64,000 nt of DNA from Schizochytrium sp. TIO01. Lineage: Eukaryota; Protista; Bigyra: Labyrinthulomycetes. Positions 12,601-25,500 of the stretch are shown here, piece after piece (positions within the stretch are counted from its first letter, which is position 1; each line of letters opens with the position of its first letter). A program made the translations under genes and the position numbers. Where the stretch lies: positions 7,794,761-7,858,760 of the forward strand of contig SMSO01000031.1 of assembly GCA_004764695.1 (NCBI GenBank), given 5' to 3'. The notes under the pieces are model-generated. The model ran no database searches. It saw only the letters and a program-made list of their open reading frames with translations, and was not told the DNA's origin.

Positions 12601-14049
12601 TAGCTTGGGAGTAAGGGGACTGCAGCCAAGCCTGGGCGAATGCTTCCTCGCTGTTGGGAGCATCAGGGCGAATACGATGCTTGCCGCGAAGCGAGGTGGT
12701 AACTTCTTGGATGAAATCGGCCACATCGAGGTTCTCTGGGCAGCGATATCCAATACTTTCGAAGTATGGCAAAACGTCCTGACGCTTGCCATGAAACATA
12801 ACCATACCCATGGCAAGGATGAGAACCTCGTCGAAAAGGTCATAAGTCTCAGGGGGCGGCTGTAGTAATGCGCACACTGCTGTGAGGTCAAGGCGTTTGG
12901 CAACGCCAGTAATACGCCGACTGATGTCAAATGTAGCCGCACTATCGAGACCAGTACTGATCTGGTCATAGAATGCGAGAGGGCGGCGGCCCATCATCAT
13001 CTCAGCCGAAGTGACACGCTTTTTCTCACCTCCAGAGACACCACGCAACATTTCGTTTCCTACAATGGTATCCGCAGCGTTGGAGAGGGCAAGGTTACGA
13101 ATAACAAAGTCTGGGAAGTTGTCGAACTCATCGTGAATCTTAGCGATCTCATGATCACTAGCTTCGCTGGAAAGACCAACGCGGGCCACCATATCGCGAG
13201 CTTGCTCAGGTCCTCCAAAGCAATCAAATGCAAACTGCAGGGTCTCGCGAACTGTAAGTACGGGGATGTGGTTGTCATTCTGATCCACATATGTTGCGAG
13301 CTTACGCACATGTACTCCTTAGGAGTGAAGCCGGAATAGTACATGTCACCGGTGACCTTACCCTTACGGCTGTTCTTGACTCGACCGGAAAGAAGCTTAA
13401 AAAGGGTAGACACACCACAACCAGGAGGTCCAAGAACGAGAGTGGAGGTACCTGCCTTGAAGACACCAGAGATGCTGTTGATGAGGTTGAGCTCAATCGA
13501 ATCTTTGCCAGTTCCCGCGCAAGGTGCACCGATGGCGGTAAAGACGTTGTAAATGCCAGGGTCGTCCTGAGGAACAGAGATTGAATACTTCAAATCGCGA
13601 AAGGCAACATGAACAGGCCAGTGTCCATCTCCTTGGTAGCGCTGCATGAGCTTGGCATGCGTGATCATTGTCATTTCACGCATTGCACTGTGGAGAGCAC
13701 TGCCAAGCTTCGAGTTACGGTCAATCTGGCCGTTCTCAAGAAGATCTGCCAGAAGAGCCACATCCTCGTTGCAAAGTTCGACACTCAAGCGAGTCTTGCC
13801 GTCCTGACCTACAACGCCAGCAGCAGGGTTTGCCTCCTTCTGGTCGTCGAGTTCCGTCTTGATATAGGTGAGTAGGTCGCGAACGCGCTCAGTTTTTTCT
13901 GAAGAGGTGTAAGAAGGGAGATTCGAGCTTTGGATTGCAGGCCGGGCCACATTAACGCCTTCTTCAGAAGAGGTGCTACCGGCATCTTCGCACTCCGGGC
14001 CAATGCCATCATTCGTGCCAATCGTGTTTTTGTCCTCGTCACCTAGCAT
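9641..14049 (-). CDS. Full-size ABCG/PDR transporter, copy 2, split by a 1-bp deletion near 13314 (recent pseudogene or sequencing error)
   Basis: ORF 13060..14049 (N-terminus through Walker A, GPPGCGVSTL) and ORF 9641..13309 (rest of NBD1, TMD1, NBD2 GSSGAGKTT/IFADEPTSGLD/CTIHQP, TMD2, ending SYLKR) join at AAG GAG TA CAT GTG CGT AAG. Paralogues read [E/D]LHVRK here. No other lesion seen. Confidence 0.93.
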
Positions 14050-17000
14050 TCTGCGCCAAGGTTTAAAGAACTCTGTACTCGGTGCTGATGATGGTAAGTC
14101 CCAAAGCTCAAGAAGAGATTCTTCCTCTTTATCCCTGACTCAACAGAGGATTAGGGAAACCTGCTCTCTTGTAAATCACCGTGGGCTAGATTATGATCAC
14201 ACCCTTGTTAGTCACAGGTGCAATCTTCAAAACCCTTAGTGGAGAAGGAATATATGACTTGACCTTGATGAGGATCAAGTCGACGAGGCTTTTCCGTTTG
14301 GGGTTTGGTTTGAGGAGTTATGCCGCTGCCGCCTTGGCGTCGGAGATGCTTTGGAGTTATGGTTTTGTTGCCTGAGAGCTTTCGACAATTTTTTTTTCCT
14401 TTTTTCTTTTTTTTTTCTTCTGGTTTATAAGAATGGTCGTCACCCTCGCACAACTTAAGGGAAGAGTGATGCATTAACACCTATTTTAGAAGATTACACA
14501 GACTAGGCTTCAATTAGGACTTCAGGCGGGGCATTATTGTAACTTTACGTCGATATACACATCTCCATGCGCTGAGTGAGGGAGTAAGTGTTTCAATTTA
14601 CAGCAAAAAGAAGCATTTTCGACTATTTTTAATTTATTTATTTTTAAATTAAAAATAAAAGCAATGCAAAAGAGAAAATAAGAATTAAAATAAAAGAAAG
14701 CACTAACAAACAATCAATGACTATGCGCATAATGCCGTCAGATCGCAACACCTATTTTGGCTACTGGGGCTACCATCTTTTATCAAACAGCCTCTTTAAT
14801 TTCCGAGATCTAAACATCGAGTGAGCGCCAAACCTGCGTTAAATCTTTCTTTCAAAGGACTGTAGAATTCTCCCTCTGCATGGAGGAGGTTCTTGCCACA
14901 GTCTCATGCCTTTCTGCTAAGCAAGCATCATTTCTTCTTATTCTTCGCTGTAGAAATTTTTGCCTCCCTAGGCTTAAGTCTACCGCAATTAGGCTCTTCT
15001 ACCCATTAAATGAAAGATCGCTAAAAATTCTCGCTGGAGCACCGGTGCCGGGTAATCTAAACTGTTTCCCGCGATCATTCAAACGATGTGTTCAGCGTCG
15101 ATTGTTAGCTCATCCGACGGTGTGTTGAGATACGTGTTGAGCCAAGTTTGACGTATCTCCTCTCGTCTTGCACGGGCGCGGTCTTCTGCGATGATGCGTA
15201 AGAACAACAAAACCACGCACTCTGACTGAGCCAACTTGCTTGGTTCATTTCGTCTGGGGAGAGCGAAATCGAATAGGCTGCGCTTCTCGAAAGCTTGTGG
15301 GGTCCACGGTGAGTAGGCATTTTGGAGACAAGAGTCGGGTTGAGGACAGCAAAGCTTCGTCGGAGGCTGATGGCCATGGCAGTCTCTCGACATACATACA
15401 TACACCTTCGAGAACTTACTTTTATACGCGCTGCGAAATGAAAATTCCACTGCAGTACTTACTACGCGTCGTGATGGCACCCGGCACCAACGCCATACGT
15501 GAATAGGCAATGGCATCATAAGTGGTTCAGGTGCTGGTGCAAAACGATGTTGGTGCAAAGTGAGCGGAGAAAGGAAACTCGTTTTAACCCACCAGAACCA
15601 AAGCAAGGAACATTTAACTACTGGAAAAGACGGCCATTGAAAGTTTTTTCTTTTTCTTTTCTTAAAAAAAAATTGGTGTCTCGCTCTATTTATAGTTCTT
15701 TGCCTTATTGCTGTCCGTAAACGCCAACTATGATGAGAAGTCTTCTGCAAATTTCCCGAAGAGCATCTTGCTCAAGTTGGATTGCGACACTATCACAGGC
15801 ATGTTTATTTAGATGTATGGATTCGTGGAACTGTCATCGAGAAACGCCAACTGCAGCAGAGCAGCAAGAATAGCTCTACAGGACAACCCATAACAAGGCA
15901 CCTTGTATTTGCATCACCATCCAGCGATCGAATGGGAACAGGGCGGGGCGGGGGAGCAAGAGACCAGGTCCCAAGGAATTATTAAAAGAAACTGTTTCTT
16001 AAATACTGTTGGGGTCAAAGAAAAGATTACCTTTGGTGAACTCCTCTGTGGGTTCTTACAAATATTTATTCCGCAATTTGTAGAAAAGAATAGTTTGTGC
16101 AGGAGATAGGTACGTACTGGTATATATAACCTGCAGAGGCTTATATTAGCTCATCTATTGCCTTGCCAAGGTGATACTTTCGCAACAGATAAGTTATGTG
16201 AATTCGCCAGACCTCAACTCCAGCATCGACGCCAGCATCTTCGAGAAATTCTCTCACTGTTCTGCTCTCTTGATCTATACCTTCACACGCTGACGTTCTG
16301 CTCTTCCGTGAATTCGTCAGAGAGCCTGGCTGCAATCACATCCTTCTAATTATGAGTCTAGATCCACCAGCACTGAGTGAATGCACTTCTCGCTATGAGA
16401 AATATTTCGCATCCATTGTAACAGAGATAATATTGTGAAAAAATCTCTCGCAGCATAAATATGTTTAAATAGCAAGAGTTCTGCTCCGATGCAAGGGTAT
16501 TATAGTGCAAAAACGAACAATCCAGTAAATTTTGAATTAGATTTGGATTTTGCTGAAAGTTTTTAATACGGCTAAACAATTGTTTTTGTCTTATTGTAAT
16601 AATGCATGTGTTTTACATTTTTAGCGAGGAATGTTGCTCCACTGTTGGGGAAAGGGGTCTTGTCATAACTTGAAAAAATAGCTCTATCTGTTATTCGATC
16701 AACCAGCAGCATCTTCTTTCTTTTCAACGGTTCTTCTTGACGCCAGCAGATTTTACAAGGGTATACTACATATAGATACTTTATATTATATTTAGAATCA
16801 CCATTTTACAGGAACATTCGATGCGTCATCATGCGTTAGGGCCGCTGTGGTGAGTCATTAACAAGTATTCAGATTAGCGGTGTACAAGGTAGAGTCTTTG
16901 GCAGCTTAGCAGGATTATAGATGTACATTAATTGGTTTGATACCTATTATATAACATGAGACGACTATTTCCCCACCTAGGTCCGCAGCCGAGATCCCCG

Positions 17001-18044
17001 ATAAGTTTCAATTGCTTTGCTTGCTAAGCTTAACAAAATAACTCGAACAGTAAGCTTCATTCAAGTCAAAGTGACGATTTTATTTAAGAAATTCAATCAA
17101 TAGTAGAACGATTGAAATCTAAGTTTTGATACCTTTGTTTGTCCAAAATGAGTTCCAGATATAATATCAACATTTTCACAAGATGTGAAGTTCCGCCTTC
17201 GGTCGGCAGCAGGGTGGTTGGTTCAAAGATCAGACCCCAAAATTGGATTAGAGTCAACAGCAGCCTTTCGCTCGCCAGCCTCCGCATGAATGGACCTACC
17301 TATCTCCAGCCCTCACGCATCAAAGCCTGTCGCAAAGTCTTCCTCAATTCGCACATACTCAACCAGCATCTTATTGAGAGCCCTGTGCTTCACTCCCACG
17401 CCCATCTTCGCTCTCGTCATTATCCCTCCCTTCTAAAGCCCCTTTACACGCCCAAATGCACCATCATCCGAAAAGGCGTTTTCCTGATTAGAAGAAAGAA
17501 GCGTTGAAGTAAAAATAAATCTAAACAAAACTAAAATTATAATTTTTTAAAACTAATACTTTTCACCATTAAACAGCAAACATACTATCAAGTAACGAGC
17601 TCCTTTCGCTGAGCTAAGTGCGCCACCACATAAATCTTCCAAATAAAGTTGGATCGCGCTGACCCTCGGTGTCTTGAGTGTTTCGATACAAGTTACTATG
17701 TGGACAATCAGGCCCCTGTATGTGCGTAGAGCCGCGGTCCTGTGCAGGGGATAGTGCACAAGAACTGGCACTTGGTCTCGTCAGGCTGACCTCAAATCAT
17801 GTCTCAACCCGACGGTCTTCTTGGCGGCGGTTCTTGGGGTTCTTGGGACCTGGGCGCCGTGGAGAACTCTAATCCGCGTGCATGAAGCTCGACGCCAACT
17901 TATTTATGGCCTTGGGCAGTGGCGAGTTGCCAACTTGGTTACCCGCGTTCGTGCGCTTGTTTCGCCGGAGGGCCGAATGTGCGACTGCTCAAACTTGGCG
18001 CTGGTTCTCAAGAGCAATCTTGCTTGGCAAATAGAAGAACTAAC

Positions 18045-18218
18045 CTGAAAAACTGAAGATAGAAGACAGCTTTCGGGATATAGCATTGCGCTTCTCAAGG
18101 TGCTGAAAAGCTTTATCAAGGTGGACGATGAGGCAAACGACTGGATCAGAGCGAAACTGGAAAGGAGCAGAAGCGAAGACAAATCGAGAGTCCATTTAGT
18201 ATTCACTCACGCACTCAC
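18045..18218 (-). other. Putative spliceosomal intron in an unannotated minus-strand transcript
   Basis: CGG|GTGAGT donor at 18218 (a second GTGAGT at 18210) and pyrimidine-rich ...TCTTCAGTTTTTCAG|G acceptor at 18045. The flanking exons give no convincing ORF. Confidence 0.3.
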
Positions 18219-19707
18219 CCGCGCACTCATTCGCCCATTTGAGTAGATGAGCGGACAGCTTGGCCTAGACCGAATGGGCTGCGCCACCAATAAGTCCAGT
18301 GGCCGGGGATGCCGCGCCACCGCCTTTGGAATCTCTTTGTTTGTGTGCTGGGTGTCGTGGACATTGCTTTGCAGGAGCCGTTCGATGAATCATGCGGAGA
18401 GAACTCGTCATGATGGCTGGTGAGTCGGTTTCCAGAGAGATTTCTAAAAGAGGGAAAGAAAGAAACTCCACCGAAGGCGGGGAGAAGAAAAGGTGTTCCA
18501 CAATCGTCGTCATGAAGAGCAGAATAAAGTGAAGAATACGCAGAAAAAGAAAAACAACAAGAAGAAGAAGAAGCACACCTCAGACATGGATATCGCCAAG
18601 AACGGCGGTTTGCTTGCACGGGAGTTACTTACCACCAGCGAAAGCAGCAACGAGTCTTCTGGCAGTTGTCTCAATTTTGTTAATAAACAAAACTAAAGTA
18701 AGTGTTTATTTAATTAGCCACAATCATAACTTGACTTTCGACTTAATGCCCAAGAGACAGTAGTAAAACCTCGCGTAGTATACGCTTCGCCAACGTCTCG
18801 AGATGTATGCGTAGCATCGGCAAACGCCCTTGGAAAATAAATATTGACGATCAAGAAGGGAAGTCTCGCCTATATTCGAGTTTTTTGTAGTTTCTGTTTA
18901 AATGAAAGATAAATGAGTGCCTACCTACCACACATGCAGAACTACAATGAAAAATAAAACAACTTTATTAAAAAATGATTTATTTTTAAAATAATGAGAT
19001 ATCGAAGGAAGCCGAGTTCAGCTGAGCTCCTCCGAGAAAGAGACGCCAGGAAGGAATAGTGCCAAACGCAACAGGGTCAGCGACGGTGGCGCTAGACAGC
19101 GCCACGTGGTGCAATACTTAGTGTCAGCGGAAAGTAGCGTGGCGCGTAGGTCAGCAAACCATCTTTGCCTTCATGGTACATCAAAATGGTGATGAAAGGC
19201 CTAGGCTCCTGAGCTCTGCATAAGCATTCTGGTATGTTCTCGTTCGGATTATTATGATGATCGAATTGAATAACTTAGTTTTATTTTAATTTATTAATAA
19301 ATTAATTAAAAATAGAAAAGGTGAGAAAAAGAAGAAGCAAGCTGGGTTTATGTACTCAAATTAAAGAAAAGGAGATTGTGAGATCTCAGCAGGGAGGAAA
19401 GGAATCCTCGGCCATCGACAGGATGCGCGGTCAGCGATGGTGATATAAACCTGAACTTTCGAGCGATGCCGAGCACGCAGGATTGTGACATGTGGTGGAG
19501 ATGCAGAAAATCATTATTTTCCTAGCTAGCACACACTGATATCGACGATGATTTAATGGGAAGTATATTAAAATATATAATTATAAAAATTGAAAGCTAT
19601 GTCGTCTTCTCATCAACCCTGTTAGTAATCATTATACATACGCTAGTACTTCTTTCGCTTCATTCTAAAAAAGTCTAATAAACATTTTTTCATTTAAAAA
19701 ATAAAAT

Positions 19708-19729
19708 TATATATATATATATATATATA
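19708..19729. repeat. (TA)n microsatellite
   Basis: About 11 TA units. Confidence 0.9.
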
Positions 19730-22589
19730 GGTTGAAGAAAGGTTTTCATAAGAAAGAATTAGAAGGAGACAAATATTAAGAGTTAGAGCGCGTTGGAGGC
19801 TGCAAGAATTCAACGTCTTACGCATCTCAGGTGCATGTTTGCTGCTCACTGGGGCCGATACTCCACGGTGGCTCAGCTACAGCGAATCATCATAGTTTAC
19901 TGCGGAAGAAGAACCATCGACGCGTCAGGCTGTACCCTTGAACGGTTTTTAACGTAAGCACAGAAAAGCGTCACTACTCGTTGCAATCTTTGCGAAAGGC
20001 GATGGGACCCCCCGCTCTCAGAATCGCCTATGTCCGCCGGCCTTCTTCTATTATTTGCGCTAAAGGAGCTTATCTAGTTTGATTCATGCTGACTTAAGTT
20101 ATTTAGGGTAAGATCTTTGGCTTTTCTTTTCGCCTCGATTGTGAACGAGCAATGGCTCTGTCCGCTGAGGCTAGACAAAGGATCCATATCTAGACGTAAC
20201 TAGCTGACGTGTAGGATGACAGAATATGATTACCCCCTCTTAGCGACATGACAAGGTAATGCTTTATAAGCGACTCGTGGATCGGGGCAGGCTGAAAGTT
20301 GCAGACTAGCTAGTCACGATTTCTTGATGCTCCTATCTTGGTTTTGAAGAGTCGAAAGAAACGATATTTCCCATTGATGGAAAAATGTAAAGACGTTTTA
20401 TCCAAAAAAGCTCAGTGAGCAAGGCAAAGGGAAAGAAGAAAATCTTCCGAACTATCCGGAAAAAGTTAGTAGAGGAAAAGTTGAACTCTGAGTGATTAGG
20501 TGGCTTGTCTTGTATTGTTGGAAGAGCAACATCCTCATGTTTATTTTCAGAATTGAACAGCATTTTCCCTTTTATCTACTTTAAAGCTTACCTGATAGAC
20601 TGTTATGTTTTTGTTTGGCTGAATGTTCTTCGCCAAATATAATAGCTTTCGTTAGTTCCAGTCAAGTTACTTTAGTCTCGTTATAGCCTATGCTCGGCAC
20701 TATGCTTGCAGAATCCAAATACCTTGAAGTTGGGCTGACCTCAAAAACGCCTATGGGCCGACAAAGGATAGTTTGAAGGCATCCTATCGTAAAGTATCCA
20801 AATGAGCTTGGTTGCAAGTTCCTTGGTACCTGACAAGCTCTCCGCTTGGGCCAGTGTGGAGAAAATAGCATTTGACGGGTTATAAACATGTAGCATGTAA
20901 ACAGAATGCAGGTTCACTGGTAAAGCTACATTTAGACTGCTTAGGGCTTGCACGATGTTAACCTCGATACATCGACATTGATTTCAGATTATTTCAGAAT
21001 GGCAACACGACTAGCCCGTACGTGCTTTCTTTACTTCTCTGCTTCATGCGGGCTGGAGATTATGCACAAAGCTACGGGGATAGGCCTCCATTTATCTTGC
21101 TCGATTTCTTGTGTTGAGGTGTGCTTCGTTTAAATAGCAAGACCTTGATCACTACAACATCGTGACATACAAGTACTGGCGTGATACAGTAATATTAGTC
21201 CTTGTATGATCGGGTGCGATTGCTCAGAGTCATGCTTCTCTACCAATATACACGCATTGAGACATATACGTGGGAGATTTGTTGCACATAACTAGCTCAC
21301 GGGCCGCCTCTTTCCTGCACAGTACAGATCAAGCCCTAGGGAAACGAGCTCTCCAGGTCAGCGATTAATGCGCATACTCGTAAATTACTTACACTCGAAG
21401 GATGCAAGCTGTCGACTCCCATGAACCAAAGCCTGATGAGCGATATTCTGTGATTTCGTAGAGACTCTATTCCAATCTCGGCTGAGGTTACTCCTCAGAA
21501 AGGGCCGGAACATATGTTTTGCCGCATTAATAAATCTCATGAAATTTATTTGCAAAGGAACCCAAGCACTCAATTGTGAACGAGAATGATTTCATGTCTT
21601 CCTATCCTAAAGACATCACTATAAGCAACGTTGTACTTGCTTTGACATTGATCCTTTACATAGATACATCTTTGTATTGATTTTACGCAGCTCGAAATAT
21701 ACAGAGTTTTCCACGATAGCTAGCTGAGACTTATGCTTTGAACATTACCCATAGTATCTACAGAAAGAGCTGTTCTGCTATTCGTCTTTTTGCCATCTAT
21801 TATTTCATATTATTGTTCAAAGTGGTCTATTTTGTAACTTAGACCTTTTATAATGAAGTACCTACTTACGAATTCAATGAGTTGGGACTTTCTGGCACCA
21901 GGGTTAGTACCAAGTAAGCTTTGCACAGGTGGACTATACGAATCATTGCACATTAAACGTATGGACTGGGATACCTGAATTGCACAGCATGAGAGGTGGA
22001 CACACTGAGTCGTGAGCGGCTTTCCAAGATTACCGTGCATTCGAGGATGCCAATGAACAGCTTCTTTATTCCCTTTACAATGGAGGTGCGGACAGAGGGT
22101 GCTCTAGTCCTATCAATTAAATGTTCTCCAACATGGTTTTCTGATAGTTACGGACGACGCTTTCTAACAGGCCGAAGCAGCAATCTACTCCCTTCATGTG
22201 ATATCACAAGGTCTGTTCGCCCTGCGCTGTGGCGGCCTTAGACCATGTGCCTGTAAGTGCAAGACCGTCAATCCAACAAGACCATTTCTTGAATCGATTC
22301 TTTGACGCAGCTGAGATTTCCTATGCGGACCTTCACAACTTACCTGCAGGTTTACTCTCATTGGTGATGTAAACTGTTGAATCTACTTTTTAAGTCATGT
22401 GCAACTGACGGTGAGTCTCGCCAGATTGAAGTATGAAAGACAACTCCGTGGAATGTGTGATACGAAACTCATTTAAGAAGGAAGTCTGAAATGACTTGAA
22501 TAGGGGCGTTTCAGGTTGAATTGAAAATATGATTCTTTTAATGGTATATTATATGCAATGGCTATTCGCTGTGAACAGGCATTCTTAAT

Positions 22590-25500
22590 TTAGCGCTTAA
22601 GATAGGAGACGTAGGCATAGCAGAATGCATTAACAATGCGAAAGCCACCAGCAAAGGCAATGACAGCACCCAGGCACCAAGGCCAGTCGCTAGAAACATA
22701 ACCAAAGCGGTTCTCCATAAATTCCCAAGCTGTAGAGTTCGATTCTTCAATCCAATTACATCCAGGGTTCTCTGCAGGCTCAATTGAAGGATCATCGCAG
22801 GCCATCTGGCTAGACACGAGGCCTTGAATGCAGTAACGCAGTGGGTTAATGTAAGTAAACCAAGTCCAAAAGTATGGCACTTGGTCTACTGAAATCATGA
22901 GACCAGAGGAGATGCACCAGCAAGCAAAGAATACAGAACCAATCAGGGATGCAACCTGTTCGTTGGGTAATGCCTGCGCGAGCATGTGGCCAAAGAAGAT
23001 GATGCAGAAATAAAACATGATATAGAACGCGAAAAAGAGAAAAAAGGCGGAAGCATTGTGGTACATACCAACCATGAAGTAAAAGATAGGGCAAAAGACC
23101 AATCCAGTACCTACGCAGTACGGCAATTCAGCTAAAGTTGTAGCAATCACTACAGGTATGACTCCGTAGTAGGAGGCAGCACGTTCACGGTAGTAAGATG
23201 CGCGCTCAACGTATATGACTGGCATAACAGTTGCCATACCCATGACAGCCATAAAGGAAGTAGCTTGGAACATAGCGCCTACAAATGTTTGAACATCAGC
23301 ACTCGATGTGATATCTCCACCACGCAAGAGGAAAGAGAATCCAAAAAACACAGCCATGAAGACCGATAAAAAGAAGCGTGACGTATTGTAGGCTACATCG
23401 CGCCAGTAAGAGAGCATCCAACGCTTCACAAGCTGGTCTGTCTGCATGCCAAAAGTGCTAGCGAAAGTGGTTTCAAAATGAATCTCGGGGCGTTCAGCAA
23501 GGTTCCGCTGCACTAACGTTTCAATGGCTTGTTCATTATGCTGACGAATTGCACTGTTCTCGTACTCAGCAGCGTAGTCGTTGCCAGCACCAGCATTTGC
23601 ACCAATCGCCTCAAGCATATAGGTGGCTGGGTTATAACGAGGGTTCGGCATACCAGGTGTACCCGGCAAGGCATCAAGGTAAGTCAAAAGCTCCGAGCTA
23701 TTTTCACCAAGATCACCAAAATAAACCATCTGACCACCACGACGGAGCAAAAGAAGGCGATCAAACTTCTCAAAAATAAACTTGGATGGCTGGTGAATCG
23801 TGCACACTACAGTACGCCCACCACGAGCGATTCGCTCGAGACCATCCATTACGACACGGGCAGAGCTAGCATCAAGTCCTGACGTAGGCTCATCTGCAAA
23901 AATAATCGCAGGGTTAGCTGCAAGCTCCACACCAATAGTGAGCCGCTTAGCCTGCTCTGTACTCAGTCCTCCTAAGTGTTTGAATCCAATCATCATGTCA
24001 CGAAGAGGGTGCAGCTGCAATGTCTTCATTACGCCCTCAACGAACTCGTCCTTTTCTTCATTCGAGATATGTGAAGGCTGACGAAGATAAGCTGAAAAGG
24101 TCAAAGCTTCATGAACAGTGGCTTTGGGACTGTGAATATCCATTTGTTCAACGTATCCAATAATGCGCGAAAAGGTTGTGCGTTCCTGCGGGCGACCATT
24201 GACAAGTACGTCGCCAGTGATCTTACCACTAGTTTTTCGAAGAGCCAAGACATCCATAAGTGTAGTCTTGCCAGCACCGCTGCTACCCATCAGGGCAGTT
24301 AGAGTGCCAGCTTCAGCATATCCACTGATCCCTTTGAGAAGAGATAGACTAAATTCACCCCCTCCATCCTTGGGACCCTGAACAGAATACCACAGATTAC
24401 GGAAGACCAGGTCAACAGGAGTAAAACTGATAGCATTCGAAGTTTCATCCTTAGCGTGAGGATGAGAAGCAGTACCTGCAGGAGATTTACCAGGTTGTCC
24501 TGAATGAGCATCTGCGGCTAAGCGAATTTCTGAGTGGCGCGCGAAAGCTTCGTCCTCCTCCACATCTTCAAGAGCACGTCCTCCGCCACCCTCGTAGCGC
24601 AACTGAATGTAACTGTGGTGACTGATGTACATACCAACAAGGGTGTACGCCACCATGAGGAGAATTCCACCATAGATGTAATTCACATCATACTCAAAAC
24701 CGAATAAAGCAAGAGTGTAGTCACGCTGCGCCTCAGTAAATGCACTTGAGCCAAAGATAACAATAACTCCCGCCCGAAATGCCCAAGCAAGGGGGGAAAG
24801 CCAGAAAATCCATACAAACCAAACAGGCACGGTGTCTGCAGTAATAAGATATCCACTAAACAAACACACAGATGCAACTGATATACCCATGAGCACTTGA
24901 CCGATAGGTTGCGAGGGCGAGAACGAAGCCACCGCGCGCAACCACGTACCAAAAGAAATGTTGAGGATCAGAAGGATCAACCAGTACAGCATAAATGGGC
25001 CACCGACATCAGTCTCTCCTGTGGGAGCTTGGTCTTTGAATGGAACAATCCAACCAATAAAAAAGGTCATAACAGCTAAGAGGGTAGACTCAATGAAGGC
25101 TAGAGGAAGTACAGAGCACAACTCTGCAATGACGTAGTTGCCTGTGCGGTAAAAGTAAGCGTCGCTCTGTTTATAGTAAACCGGACGCTGCATGAGTACT
25201 ACGGGAATCTGTGCTGCACCAGCAAGGGCGCAGTGAATCATTGTGGCAAAGAAGATACCATAACGCTGCAAGGCTGGTTGTTGGTCGTCGTTTGCACTGG
25301 CCGGCAGATTTGGGTCAATTTTGTAGAAAAGAGAACCAATGAACACACCGACGCCGAGTGCTTGCAGTGCACGAGTTTGTACAAATGCAACGTCACGAAA
25401 GGAGAGAGTTAGCTGACGGCCAACAACAAGAGCCAAATCTTTGCAGCAGGAGTTTGCATAAAGAGGCTGAAACCTGTCATAAACGTCACGGCGCATGGGC

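Noticed and set aside
13290-13320. A tiny intron that could repair the copy 2 (or copy 5) frameshift
   Set aside because: Both loci are one base shorter than their paralogues, so there is no extra sequence to splice out without deleting conserved NBD1 residues.
15079-15750. 223-aa minus-strand ORF
   Set aside because: TTG start, crosses A/T homopolymer runs, and has no domain or plausible protein composition.
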